From positions 1,720,303 through 1,784,302 of the forward strand of contig CM082582.2 of assembly GCA_040954595.2 (NCBI GenBank): a stretch of 64,000 bases of DNA, written 5' to 3'. Positions 24,901 through 40,200 of this stretch are shown here, one piece after another (the stretch's first letter is position 1; the number at the start of each line of letters is the position of its first letter). The translations under genes and the position numbers were made by a program. The notes beneath the pieces are model-generated. The model was not told the origin of the DNA. It saw only the letters and a list, made by a program, of their open reading frames with translations, and did no database searches. The DNA is from Balanoglossus misakiensis. Taxonomy: Eukaryota; Animalia; Hemichordata.

Positions 24901-27900
24901 TATCAATGCGTATGCATTAAATACCCATGTCATAGTGCAGTGTTTCCATCACTGTTGACCCTAATACATCATCAAGCATGCTTCACAATATGCCCTGATG
25001 CAAAGAATCAGATTCAGTGTCACCATTTCATTAGCAATGTCAAATTATAGAGCTTATGGCCATGTATTAACCTGGGGATTTACAGACAACTTTAAATACC
25101 CATGTATATACATTTAGTACCTATGTCAAAATGCTTAGCTTGCATCACCATCTACTCAGATGGATCATTAGGCTTGCTACGCCATTTCCCATAATGCAAA
25201 GAATCAGATTCAATGTCACCCTTACATTAGCAATTTTAAATTACAGTGCTTTTGGAGATGTATTAACCTGGGAATTTACATTCAACATTAAATACCCATG
25301 CACATGCATTAAATACCTATGTCAAAATGCATAGCTTGCATCACCGTCTACTCCATTGCATCATTAAGCTTGCTTTGCCATTTGCCCTAATGCGGAGAAT
25401 TACATTCAATGTCAACATCGCATTAGCAATGTCAAATTACAGTGCTTTTGGACGCGTATTAACCCAGGGATTTGTAATCAACTTGAAATCCCCATATGCA
25501 TTTAATGCCCATGTCAAAGTGAAGTGTTTGCATCACTATCTACCGTGATGCATCATCAAGCTTGCATCGCCATTTACCCTGATACAAAGAATCGGATTCA
25601 ATGTCATCGTTGCATTAGCAATGTCAAATAAAATTGCTTTTGGCCACGTATTAACCTAGGGATTTACAATCAATTTTAAATCCCCATATGCATTATATTC
25701 CAATGTCAATGTCAAGGGCTTGAAACACCATCTACCCTGATGCATCTTCAAGCTTGCTTCACCATTTACCCATATTCAATGTAACCTTTGCATTAGTAAT
25801 TTTAAATTACAGTGCTTTTAGCCATGTATTAACCTCGGGATTAAGAGTCAACTGTAAATATCAATGCGTATGCATTAAATACCCATGTCATAGTGCAGTG
25901 TTTCCATCACTATTGACCCTAATGCATCATCAAGCATGCTTCACAATATGCCCTGATGCAAAAATCACATTCAATGTCACCATTGCATTAGCAATTTTAA
26001 ATTACAGTGCTTTTGGCCATGTATTAACCTAGGGATTTACAATCAATTTTAAATCCCCATATGCATTATATTCCAATGTCAATGTGAAGGGCTTGAAACA
26101 CCAGCTACCCTGATGCATCTTCAAGCTTGCTTCACCATTTACCCATATTCAATGTAACCTTTGCAGTAGTAATTTTAAATTACAGCGCTTTTAGCCATGT
26201 ATAAACCTCGGGATTTAGAGTTAACTGTAAATATTTATGCGTATGCATTAAATACCCATGTCATAGTGCAGTGTTTCCATCACTATTGACCCTAATGCAT
26301 CATCAAGCATGCTTCACAATATGCCCTGATGCAAAGAATCAGATTCAGTGTCACCATTTCATTAGCAATGTCAAATTATAGTGTTTATGGCCATGTATTC
26401 ACCTGAGGATTTATAGTCAACATTAAATACACATGCATATGCATTAAATACCTATGTCAAAGTGCAGAGCTTGCATCACCATCTACTCTGATGCACTATT
26501 AGGACTGCTACGCCAGTTCCCCTAATGCAAAGAATCACATTCAATGTCACCATTGCATTAGCAATTTTAAATTACAGTGCTTTTGGCCATGTATTAACCT
26601 GGGTATTTACAATTAACTTTAAATCCCCATATGCGTTATATTCCAATGTCAATGTGAGGGGCTTAAAACACCATCTATCCTGATGCATCATCAAGCTTGC
26701 TTCACAATTTACCCTAATGCAAAGAATCAGATTTAGTGTCACGGTAGCATTAGCAATGTCAAATTACAGTGCTTTTGGCCACGTATTAACCTGGGGATTT
26801 ACAGTCAACATTAAATACCCATGCATATGCATTAAATACGTATGTCAAAGTGCATAGCTTGCATCACCATATACTCCGATGCATCATTAAGCTTGCTTCG
26901 CAATTTGCCCTGATGCAAAGAATCAGATTAAATGACACCGTTGTATTAGCAATGTCAAATTACAGTGATTTTGGATTTGTATTAACCCAGGGATTTACAG
27001 TCAACATTAAATACCCATGCACATGCATTAAATACCTATGTCAAAAAGCATAGCTTGGATCACCATCTACACTGATGCATCATTAGGCTTGCTACGCCAT
27101 TTCCCCTAATGCAAAGAATCACATTCAATGTCACCATTGTATTAGCTATGTCAAATTTCAGTGTTTTTGGACTTGTATTAACCCAGGGATTTTCAGTCAA
27201 CTTTTAATCCCCATATGCATTTAATACCCATGTCACAGTGAAGTGTTTGCATCACTATCTACCGGGATGCATCATCAAGCTTGCATCGCCATTTACCCTG
27301 ATGCAAAGAATCAGATTCAGTGTCACCATTTCATTAGCAATGTCAAATAAAATTGCTTTTTGCCAAGTATTAACCTGGGGATTTACAGACAACTTTAAAT
27401 ACCCATGTTTATACATTTAGTACCTATATCAAAATGCTTAGCTTGCATCACCATCTACTCAGATGGATCATTAGGCTTGCTACGCCATTTCCCATAATGC
27501 AAAGAATCAGATTCAATGTCACCCTTACATTAGCAATTTTAAATTACAGTGCTTTTGGAGATGTATTAACCTGGGAATTTACATTCAACATTAAATACCC
27601 ATGCACATGCATTAAATACCTATGCCAAAATGCATAGCTTGCATCACCGTCTACTCCATTGCATCATTAAGCTTGCTTTGCAATTTGCCCTAATGCGGAG
27701 AATTACATTCAATGTCAACATCGCATTAGCAATGTCAAATTACAGTGCTTTTGGACGCGTATTAACCCAGAGATTTGTAATCAACTTGAAATCCCCATAT
27801 GCATTTAATGCCCATGTCAAAGTGTAGTGTTTGCATCACTATCTACCGTGATGCATCATCAAGCTTGCATCGCCATTTACCCTGATACAAAGAATCGGAT

Positions 27901-30900
27901 TCAATGTCATCGTTGCATTAGCAATGTCAAATAAAATTGCTTTTGGCCACGTATTAACCTAGGGATTTACAATCAATTTTAAATCCCCATATGCATTATA
28001 TTCCAATGTCAAGGTGAAGGGCTTGAAACACCATCTACCCTGATGCATCTTCAAGCTTGCTTCACCATTAACCCATATTCAATGTAACCTTTGCATTAGT
28101 AATTTTAAATTACAGTGCTTTTAGCCATGTATTAACCTCGGGATTAAGAGTCAACTGTAAATATCAATGCGTATGCATTAAATACCCATGTCATAGTGCA
28201 GTGTTTCCATCACTATTGACCCTAATGCATCATCAAGCATGCTTCACAATATGCCCTGATGCAAAGAATCACATTCAATGTCACCATTGCATTAGCAATT
28301 TTAAATTACAGTGCTTTTGGCCATGTATTAACCTAGGGATTTACAATCAATTTTTAAATCCCCATATGCATTATATTCCAATGTCAATGTGAAGGGCTTG
28401 AAACACCAGCTACCCTGATGCATCTTCAAGCTTGCTTCACCATTTACCCATATTCAATGTAACCTTTGCATTAGTAATTTTAAATTACAGCGCTTTTAGC
28501 CATGTATAAACCTCGGGATTTAGAGTCAACTGTAAATATCAATGCGTATGCATTAAATACCCATGTCATAGTGCAGTGTTTCCATCACTATTGACCCTAA
28601 TGCATCATCAAGCATGCTTCACAATATGCCCTGATGCAAAGAATCAGATTCAGTGTCACCATTTCATTAGCAATGTCAAATTATAGTGTTTATGGCCATG
28701 TATTCACCTGAGGATTTATAGTCAACATTAAATACACATGCATATGCATTAAATACCTATGTCAAAGTGCAGAGCTTGCATCACCATCTACTCTGATGCA
28801 CTATTAGGATTGCTACGCCAGTTCCCCTAATGCAAAGAATCACATTCAATGTCACCATTGCATTAGCAATTTTAAATTACAGTGCTTTTGGCCATGTATT
28901 AACCTGGGTATTTACAATTAACTTTAAATCCCCATATGCGTTATATTCCAATGTCAATGTGAGGGGCTTAAAACACCATCTATCCTGATGCATCATCAAG
29001 CTTGCTTCACAATTTACCCTAATGCAAAGAATCAGATTTAGTGTCACAGTAGCATTAGCAATGTCAAATTACAGTGCTTTTGGCCACTTATTAACCTGGG
29101 GATTTACAGTCAACATTAAATACCCATGCATATGCATTAAATACGTATGTCAAAGTGCATAGCTTGCATCACCATATACTCCGATGCATCATTAAGCTTG
29201 CTTCGCAATTTGCCCTGATGCAAAGAATCAGATTAAATGTCACCGTTGTATTAGCAATGTCAAATTACAGTGCTTTTGGATTTGTATTAACCCAGGGATT
29301 TACAGTCAACATTAAAGGTCTCATGCCATGCTTTGGAAAGTTTTCATTTTTCCACGTCAAAAGCTCACCTAGGGTACCTGTCTATGCATTGCCTATTGTG
29401 TCGGTTCCGAAAAATGTGCGCGAATGCCGGAATTTGCCCCCTTTTTTCATGCCTGTGATCAGGGAGCCACTTCGCACTCGAGCCAGGCGAAGGTATTTGC
29501 ATATGGACAAACAAGTACACTACGTCCTAGTGTACCATTCTGCTAACAGTAAAGTGTAATTAGCAGTCCATGAGTAATTAAGTCCACAGACAAAGACAAG
29601 CTATATAAACAGTGTTCAAAGCAAAGGAAGCCCTTGCCTTACATTACAGGCAGAGGATTTACTAAGGTGTGAAAGACTATTTGTCCACATCAAGATAAGC
29701 CTTCGACTGAACTTCGAAAAGCCGAAAAAACTCGACTGAGTTGGGTTAGGGGTACACGCCCACCCGCCACTTTTACTTGCTTGTTATCTAAGCACAAGGG
29801 GCAAAACGCATTGCAAGATAGTAACATACATTAACTTCAAGACCCAAATAGTGATTTTACGCGTGGTTGTATAGGGCATGGCATTAGACCTTTAAATACC
29901 CATGCACATGCATTAAATACCTATGTCAAAAAGCATAGCTTGGATCACCATCTACACTGATGCATCATTAGGCTTGCTACGCCATTTCCCCTAATGCAAA
30001 GAATCACATTCAATGTCACCATTGTATTAGCTATGTCAAATTTCAGTGCTTTTGGACTTGTATTAACCCAGGGATTTTCAGTCAACTTTTAATCCCCATA
30101 TGCATTTAATACCCATGTCACAGTGAAGTGTTTGCATCACTATCTACCGGGATGCATCATCAAGCTTGCATCGCCATTTACCCTGATGCAAAGAATCAGA
30201 TTCAGTGTCACCATTTCATTAGCAATGTCAAATAAAATTGCTTTTTGCCAAGTATTAACCTGGGGATTTACAGACAACTTTAAATACCCATGTATATACA
30301 TTTAGTACCTATGTCAAAATGCTTAGCTTGCATCACCATCTACTGAGATGGATCATTAGGCTTGCTACGCCATTTCCCATAATGCAAAGAATCAGATTCA
30401 ATGTCACCCTTACATTAGCAATTTTAAATTACAGTGCTTTTGGAGATGTATTAACCTGGGAATTTACATTCAACATTAAATACCCATGCACATGCATTAA
30501 ATACCTATGTCAAAATGCATAGCTTGCATCACCGTCTACTCCATTGCATCATTAAGCTTGCTTTGCCATTTGCCCTAATGCGGAGAATTACATTCAATGT
30601 CAACATCGCATTAGCAATGTCAAATTACAGTGCTTTTGGACGCGTATTAACCCAGGGATTTGTAATCAACTTGAAATCCCCATATGCATTTAATGCCCAT
30701 GTCAAAGTGAAGTGTTTGCATTACTATCTACCGTGATGCATCATCAAGCTTGCATCGCCATTTACCCTGATGCAAAGAATCGGATTCAATGTCATCGTTG
30801 CATTAGCAATGTCAAATAAAATGCTTTTGGCCATGTATTAACCTAGGGATTTACAATCAATTTTAAATCCCCATATGCATTATATTCCAATGTCAATGTG

Positions 30901-33900
30901 AAGGGCTTGAAACACCATCTACCCTGATGCATCTCCAAGCTTGCTTCACCATATTCAATGTAACCTTTGCATTAGTAATTTTAAATTACAGCGCTTTTAG
31001 CCATGTATTAACCTCGGGATTGAGAGTCAACTGTAAATATCAATACGTATGCATTAAATACCCATGTCATAGTGCAGTATTTCCATCACTATTGACCCTA
31101 ATGCATCATCAAGCATGCTTCACAATATGCCCTGATGCAAAGAATCACATTCAATGTCACCATTGCATTAGCAATTTTAAATTACAGTGCTTTTGGCCAT
31201 GTATTAACCTAGGGATTTACAATCAATTTTAAATCCCCATATGCATTATATTCCAATGTCAATGTGAAGGGCTTCAAACACCAGCTACCCTGATGCATCT
31301 TCAAGCTTGCTTCACCATTTACCCATATTCAATGTAACCTTTGCATTAGTAATTTTAAATTACAGCGCTTTTAGCCATGTATAAACCTCGGGATTTAGCG
31401 TCAACTATAAATATCAATGCGTATGCATTAAATACCCATGTCATAGTGCAGTGTTTCCATCACTATTGACCCTAATGCATCATCAAGCATGCTTCACAAT
31501 ATGCCCTGATGCAAAGAATCAGATTCAGTGTCACCATTTCATTAGCAATGTCAAATTATAGTGCTTATGGCCATGTATTCACCTGAGGATTTATAGTCAA
31601 CATTAAATAATACACATGCATATGCATTAAATACCTATGTCAAAGTGCAGAGCTTGCATCACCATCTACTCGGATGGATCATTAGGCTTTCTACGCCATT
31701 TCCCATAATGAAAAGAATCAGATTCAATGTCACCCTTGCATTAGCAATTTTAAATTACAGTACTTTTGGCCACGTATTAACCTGGGAATTTACATTCAAC
31801 ATAAAATACCCATGCACATGCATTAAATACCTATGTCAAAATGCATAGCTTGCATCACCATCTACTCCATTGCATCATTAAGCTTGCTTTGCCATTTGCC
31901 CTAATGCAAAGAATTACATTCAATGTCAACATCGCATTAGCAATGTCAAATCACAGTGCTTTTGGACGCGTATTAACCAAGGGATAGGTAATCAACTTGA
32001 AATCCCCATATGCATTTATGCCCATGTCAAAGTGAAGTGTTTGCATCACTATCTTCCGTGATGCATCATCAAGCTTGCATCGCCATTTACCCTGATGCAA
32101 AGAATCAGATTCAATGTCATCGTTGCATTAGCAATGTCAAATAAAATTGCTTTTTGCCAAGTATTAACCTAGGGATTTACAATCAATTTTAAATCTCCAT
32201 ATGCATTATATTCCAATGTCAATTTGAAGGGCTTGAAACACCATCTACCCTGATGCATCTTCAAGCTTGCTTCACCATTTACCCATATTCAATGTAACCT
32301 TTGCATTAGTAATTTTAAATTACAGCGCTTTTAGCCATGTATTAACCTCGGGATTTAGAGTCAACTGTAAATATCAATGCGTATGCATTAAATACCCATG
32401 TCATAGTGCAGTGTTTCCATCACTATTGACCCTAATACATCATCAAGCATGCTTCACAATATGCCCTGATGCAAAGAATCAGATTCAGTGTCACCATTTC
32501 ATTAGCAATGTCAAATTATAGTGCTTATGGCCATGTATTAACCTGGGGATTTACAGACAACTTTAAATACCCATGTATATACATTTAGTACCTATGTCAA
32601 AATGCTTAGCTTGCATCACCATCTATTCAGATGGATCATTAGGCTTGCTACGCCATTTCCCCTAATGCAAAGAATCAGATTCAATGTCACCCTTACATTA
32701 GCAATTTTAAATTACAGTGCTTTTGGAGATGTATTAACCTGAGAATTTACATTCAACATTAAATACCCATGCACATGCATAATTACCTATGTCAAAATGC
32801 ATAACTTGCATCACCGTCTACTCCATTGCATCATTAAGCTTGCTTTGCCATTTGCCCTAATGCGGAGAATTACATTCAATGTCAACATCGCATTAGCAAT
32901 GTCAAATTACACTGCTTTTGGACTTGCATTAACCCAGGGATTTTCAGTCAACTTTTAATCCCCATATGCATTTAATACCCATGTCACAGTGAAGTGTTTG
33001 CATCACTATCTACCGGGATGCATCATCAAGCTTGCATCGCCATTTACCCTGATGCAAAGAATCAGATTCAGTGTCACCATTTCATTAGCAATGTCAAATA
33101 AAATTGCTTTTTGCCAAGTATTAACCTGGGGATTTACAGACAACTTTAAATACCCATGTATATACATTTAGTACCTATGTCAAAATGCTTAGCTTGCATC
33201 ACCATCTACTGAGATGGATCATTAGGCTTGCTACGCCATTTCCCATAATGCAAAGAATCAGATTCAATGTCACCCTTACATTAGCAATTTTTAATTACAG
33301 TGCTTTTGGAGATGTATTAACCTGGGAATTTACATTCAACATTAAATACCCATGCACATGCATTAAATACCTATGTCAAAATGCATAGCTTGCATCACCG
33401 TCTACTCCATTGCATCATTAAGCTTGCTTTGCCATTTGCCCTAATGCGGAGAATTACATTCAATGTCAACATCGCATTAGCAATGTCAAATTATAGTGCT
33501 TTTGGACGCGTATTAACCCAGGGATTTGTAATCAACTTGAAATCCCCATATGCATTTAATGCCCATGTCAAAGTGAAGTGTTTGCATTACTATCTACCGT
33601 GATGCATCATCAAGCTTGCATCGCCATTTACCCTGATGCAAAGAATCGGATTCAATGTCATCGTTGCATTAGCAATGTCAAATAAAATTGCTTTTGGCCA
33701 CGTATGAACCTAGGGATTTACAATCAATTTTAAATCCCCATATGCATTATATTCCAATGTCAATGTGAAGGGCTTGAAACACCATCTACCCTGATGCATC
33801 TCCAAGCTTGCTTCACCATATTCAATGTAACCTTTGCATTAGTAATTTTAAATTACAGCGCTTTTAGCCATGTATTAACCTCGGGATTGAGAGTCAACTG

Positions 33901-36900
33901 TAAATATCAATACGTATGCATTAAATACCCATGTCATAGTGCAGTATTTCCATCACTATTGACCCTAATGCATCATCAAGCATGCTTCACAATATGCCCT
34001 GATGCAAAGAATCACATTCAATGTCACCATTGCATTAGCAATTTTAAATTACAGTGCTTTTGGCCATGTATTAACCTAGGGATTTACAATCAATTTTAAA
34101 TCCCCATATGCATTATATTCCAATGTCAATGTGAAGGGCTTGAAACACCAGCTACCCTGATGCATCTTCAAGCTTGCTTCACCATTTACCCATATTCAAT
34201 GTAACCTTTGCATTAGTAATTTTAAATTACAGCGCTTTTAGCCATGTATAAACCTCGGGATTTAGAGTCAACTGTAAATATCAATGCGTATGCATTAAAT
34301 ACCCATGTCATAGTGCAGTGTTTCCATCACTATTGACCCTAATGCATCATCAAGCATGCTTCACAATATGCCCTGATGCAAAGAATCAGATTCAGTGTCA
34401 CCATTTCATTAGCAATGTCAAATTATAGTGCTTATGGCCATGTATTCACCTGAGGATTTATAGTCAACATTAAATACACATGCATATGCATTAAATACCT
34501 ATGTCAAAGTGCAGAGCTTGCATCACCATCTACTCAGATGGATCATTAGGCTTGCTACGCCATTTCCCCTAATGCAAAGAATCAGATTCAATGTCACCCT
34601 TACATTAGCAATTTTAAATTACAGTGCTTTTGGCCACGTATTAACCTGGGAATTTACATTCAACATAAAATACCCATGCACATGCATTAAATACCTATGT
34701 CAAAATGCATAGCTTGCATCACCATCTACTCTATTGCATCATTAAGCTTGCTTTGCCATTTGCCCTAATGCAAAGAATTACATTCAATGTCAACATCGCA
34801 TTAGCAATGTCAAATTACAGTGCTTTTGGACGCGTATTAACCCAGGGATTTGTAATCAACTTGAAATCCCCATATGCATTTAATACCCATGTCAAAGTAA
34901 AGTGTTTGCATCACTATCTACCGTGATGCATCATCAAGCTTGCATCGCCATTTACCCTGATGCAAAGAATCAGATTCAATGTCATCGTTCAATTAGCAAT
35001 GTCAAATAAAATTGCTTTTTGCCATGTATTAACCTAGGGATTTACAATCAACTTTAAATCCCCATATGCATTATATTCAAAAGTCAATGTGAAGGGCTTA
35101 AAACACCATCAATCCTGATGCATCATCACGTTTGCTTCACCATTTACCCATATTCAATGTCACCCTTGCATTAGTAATTTTAAATAACAGCTCTTTTAGC
35201 CATGTATTAACCTCGGGATTTAGAGTCAACTGTAAATATCAATGCGTATGCATTAAATGCCCATGTCATAGTGCAGTGTTTCCATCACTATTGATCCTAA
35301 TGCATCATCAAGCATGCTTCACAATATGCCCTGATGCAAAGAATCAGATTCAGTGTCACCATTTCATTAGCAATATCAAATTATAGTGCTTATGGCCATG
35401 TATTAACCTGGGGATTTACAGACAACTTTAAATATCCATGTATATACATTTAATACCTATGTCAAAATGCAGAGCTTGCATCACCATCTACTCAGATGCA
35501 TCATTAAGCTTGCTTCGCCATTTGCCCTGATGCAAATAATCAGATTCAGTGTCACCATTTCATTAGCAATGTCAAATTATAGTGCTTATGGCCATGTATT
35601 CACCTGAGGATTTATAGTCAACATTAAATATCCATGCATATGCATTAAATATGTATGTCAAAATGCATACCTTGCATCACCATCTAGTCCAATGCATCAT
35701 TAAGCTTGCTTAGCCATTTCCCCTAATGCAAAGAATTACATTCAATGTCACCATTTCATTAGCAATGTCAAATTACATTGCTTTTGGACACGTATTAACC
35801 CAGGGATTTGTAATCAACTTGAAATCCCCATATCCATTTAAACCCATGTCAAAGTGAACTGTTTGCATCATTATCTACCGTGATGCATCATCAAGCCTGC
35901 ATCGCCATTTACCCTGATGCATAGGATCAGATTCAATGTCACCATTGCATTAGCAATGTCAAATAAAATTGCTTTTGGCCACGTATTAACCTGAGGATTT
36001 ACAGTCAACTTCAAATCCCCATATGCGTTATATTCCAATGTGAATGTGAAGGGCTTGTAACACCATCTGTCCTGATGCATCATTAAGCTTGCTTCGCCAT
36101 TTACCCTGATGCATAGAATCAGATTCAATGTCACTGTTGCATTAGCAATGTCAAATAAAAGTTCTTTTGGCCATGTCTTAACCTAGGGATTTATAATCAT
36201 CTTTAAATCCCCATATGCATTATATTCAAAAGTCAATGTGAAGGGCTTGAAACACCATCTATCCTGACGCATCATCACGTTTGCTTCACCATTTACCCAT
36301 ATTCAATGTCACCCTTGCATTAGTAATTTAAAATTACAGTGCTTTTGGCCATGTATTAACCTCGGGATTTAGAGTCAACTTTAGATATCAATGTGCATGC
36401 ATTAAATACCCATGTCAAAGTGAAGTGTTTGCCTCACTATCTACCGGGATGCATCATCAAGCCTGCAATGCCATTAACCCTGATGCAAAGAATCAGATTC
36501 AATATCATTGTTGCATTAGCAATGTCAAATTACAGTGCTTATGGCCACGTATTAACCTGATGATTTACAGTCAACATTAAATACACATGCATATGCATTA
36601 AATACCTATGTCAAAGTGCAGAGCTTGCATCACCATCTACTCTGATGCACCATTAGGCTTCCTACACCATTTCCCCTAATGCAAAGAATCAAATTCAATG
36701 TCACCATTGCATTAGCAATTTAAATTACAGTGCTTTTGGCCAAGTATTAACCTGGGGATTCACAATCAACTTTCAATCCCCATATGCGTTATATTCCAAT
36801 GTCAATGTGAAGGGCTTGAAACACCATCTATCATGATGCATCATCAAGCTTGCTTCACAATTTACCCTGATGCAAAGAATCAGATTTAGTGTCACGGTAG

Positions 36901-37975
36901 CATTAGCAATGTCAAATTACAGTGCTTTTGGCCACGTATTAACCTGATGATTTACAGTCAACATTAAATACCCATGCATATGCATTAAATACCTATGTCA
37001 AAGTGCAGAGCTTGCATCACCATCTACTCTGATGCACCATTAGGCTTCCTACACCATTTCCCCTAATGCAAAGAATCAAATTCAATGTCACCATTGCATT
37101 AGCAATTTTAAATTACAGTGCTTTTGGCCAAGTATTAACCTGGGGATTCACAATCAACTTTCAATCCCCATATGCGTTATATTCCAATGTCAATGTGAAG
37201 GGCTTGAAACACCATCTATCATGATGCATCATCAAGCTTGCTTCACAATTTACCCTGATGCAAAGAATCAGATTTAGTGTCACGGTAGCATTAGCAATGT
37301 CAAATTACAGTGCTTTTGGCCACGTATTAACCTGGGGATTTACAGTCAACATTAAATACCCATGCATATGCATTAAATACCTATGTCAAAGTGCAGAGCT
37401 TGCATCACCATCTACTCTGATGCACCATTAGGCTTCCTACACCATTTCCCCTAATGCAAAGAATCACATTGAATGTCACCATTGCATTAGCAATTTTAAA
37501 TTACAGTGCTTTTGGCCAAGTATTAACCTGGGGATTCACAATCAACTTTCAATCCCCATATGCGTTATATTCCAATGTCAATGTGAAGGGCTTGAAACAC
37601 CATCTATCATGATGCATCATCAAGCTTGCTTCACAATTTACCCTGATGCAAAGAATCAGATTTAGTGTCACGGTAGCATTAGCAATGTCAAATTACAGTG
37701 CTTTTGGCCAAGAAGTAACCTGGGGATTTACAGTCAACATTAAATACCCATGCACATGCATTAAATACCCATGTCAAAGTGAAGTGTTTGCATCACTATC
37801 TACCGGGCTGCATCATCAAGCTTGCATCACAATTTACCCTGATGCAAAGAATCAGATTCAATGTCATCGCTGCATTAGCAATGTCAAATAAAATTGCTTT
37901 TGGACACGTATTAACCCAGGGATTTTCAGTCAACTTTTAGTATCCCTGTATGCATTTTAAACCCTGGTGTCAAAG
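21983..37975. repeat. Satellite B: ~80 diverged monomers of ~192-196 bp (plus a shorter deletion variant) in higher-order repeats
   Basis: Recurrent GCATTAGCAATGTCAAATTACAGTGCTTTTGGCCATGTATTAACC. Periods of 957, 1541, ~2304 and 2866 bp from repeated spurious ORFs, and 387-388-bp dimers at 36550-37750. Confidence 0.97.
29316..29891. mobile_element. 576-bp non-autonomous DNA transposon (MITE), Kolobok-like, inserted in satellite B
   Basis: TTAA|AGGTCTCATGCCATGC ... GCATGGCATTAGACCT|TTAA: 16-bp TIR with 1 mismatch and a TTAA duplication. The empty site ACAGTCAACATTAAATACCCATGC is present in sister units, and the HOR period rises from 2305 to 2885 (+580). Confidence 0.93.
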
Positions 37976-38709
37976 TTTAGTGATTACTTCTTTGCTATTT
38001 AAACATTACATTTTGAGTAAAGTGGGTGAAATGGGATTAAAGTTTATAGTGACATATCGAAAAGAATCTTATTCAATTCGTTCATTTCTGAAATATGATA
38101 ATACGAATATGCGTGTTTTATTCGCCATACATGAACACCAATGAAAAGTTATGTTTCCAGCTTAGGTATCGGTGGATTTGAACCACCTGACATCAGAAGA
38201 CGCCTCCAGAATACCTTTAATTTGGTTGCATAATTTTCATGTGAATGTTCATAATATAGCGAGTGATTAATCCCTAATTTTTTTTTTTTTTTTTGGGGGG
38301 GGGGGTGGGGGTGGGGGGGGGGGAGTTCAAGTAGCATATCTTGCAGGCCAATTTGAAGCAATGTGTCATGTGGTTAAACTGAAAGAAATTAACCAATATA
38401 GTTTCAGCTCTTTTTGAAACAAGGTGTCATTTGGTTGAACAATGGGCTAGTCAAAATAGCATCTGCTAATTATGCACACAATAGTGTGATGGGTTAGTGG
38501 GTTAAATTTACTTTTACCTTAGCATTATATAACACACTATCGTGTACATAATCTCGCAGAGCTCATTCACAATTGTTTTAAAATAAAGCAAGATAACTAC
38601 ATGTATGATAACATATTTAATTTACGCGCCTAAAGGGCAGTTAAAAAACCTCATACCAATTACAAAAGAGGGAAAAAAACTGTCCTCTCCTCCTCTCACC
38701 CCATGATCT

Positions 38710-39560
38710 AAGCTAAATTTGGAATTTGGATGGGGTGGGGAGGTTAAGCTAACCTAACATTGTGCTAACATTTTCTGCATGTCTGTCGCGTACAATGTGT
38801 CGATGCGCGAATACAATCACGGGTACCGTTGCGAGAAATTCCACCGAATAACGATGCTGACGAGTATTATCTATCTGAGAAATAATAGCATGTTATTCAT
38901 AAAATATTCACATTAACCAATGAATGAACCAACATGATTATTAGACCCTGGACACTTATTTAACGATTTATCATTATTATACCTTTATCATCACCATCAA
39001 TATTAAACACCCTTTTATACTTAATATCACCATAAGCCATCACCACAATTATTAATCGTTATTATACCCTTGCACAATTGCTACCCTTATTAAACCTGAC
39101 ACAGTTATTACCATTATTATACCCCTCTCATTCATATACCCATTATAACCTGTGTACACAAGCCATCATCATATTATGAACCCGTTATTATACCTTTTTA
39201 TACCAGTCACATTTGTTACCCTATTACCATTATTATACCCTTCTCATTCATATACCCATTATAACCTGTGTACACAAGCCATCATCATATTATGAACCCG
39301 TTATTATACATTTTTTATACCAGTCACATTTGTTACCCTATCATCATTACCTTCATACAAGCAACCACTGTTACCCCTTTATAACCTGTGTACACTCCAA
39401 TTTTACCATAAAACCATCATCACATTTTTAACCCTTTTATTAAACCAAATTCAAATTTGTTCACCGTTATTATACCATACACATTTCAGAACCTATTATC
39501 ATACCCTGCACAAAGCCATTGCTGTTAACCTAATTTTAAAACAAGTAATCACTACCAATT
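38710..39560 (+). repeat. Dispersed diverged repeat D, copy 2, with an internal ~117-bp tandem duplication
   Basis: Homology to the sequence from 20546. TCTCATTCATATACCCATTATAACCTGTGTACACAAGCCATCATCATATTATGAACCCG occurs twice at 39110-39345. Confidence 0.8.
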
Positions 39561-39664
39561 ATTAACCCGATTTATTGGACTATTAAGTTTTATATTACGA
39601 TCACCTCGTTTTGTATGTCTATATTACTCTAACTAATAATTTCGGTCAATAGGATATTATGTTG

Positions 39665-40200
39665 AAACTCCACTTCTCCATTCTTCCACTTCTCCATCCT
39701 TTAGGTTGATGCTCCATCCATCCATCCATCAAAGTTTATATTAGTAGGTTGACTATGGTTGACACGCCGCTTCATCCATCCATCAAATTTTACGTTAGTA
39801 GGTTGATTATGGTGTTACCAGTGAGCCCTACAGGAAAAAAAGAGGAAAAAACAGAGAAAAAAACTCCACTTCTCCATCCTTCCACTTCTCCATCATTTAA
39901 GTTGACGCTCCGCGGCACCATCCATCCATCAAAGTTTATATTTTAGTAGGTTGACTATGGTTGACGCTCCGCTCCATCCATCCATCCATCAAAGTTTATA
40001 TTAGTAGGTTGACTATGGTTGACACTCCGCTCCATCCATCCATCAAAGTTTATATTAGTAGGTTGACTATGGTTGACGCTCCATCCATCCTCCATCAAAG
40101 TTTATATTAGTAGGTTGACTATGGTTGACACTCCGCTCTCTCCATCCATCAAATTTTACGTTAGTAGGTTGATTATGGTGTTACCATTGGGGCCTACAGG
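39665..40200. repeat. Minisatellite, ~52-60 bp unit, followed by a purine-rich low-complexity tract
   Basis: CCATCCATCAAAGTTTATATTAGTAGGTTGACTATGGTTGAC(A/G)C repeated about 7 times. Confidence 0.9.
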
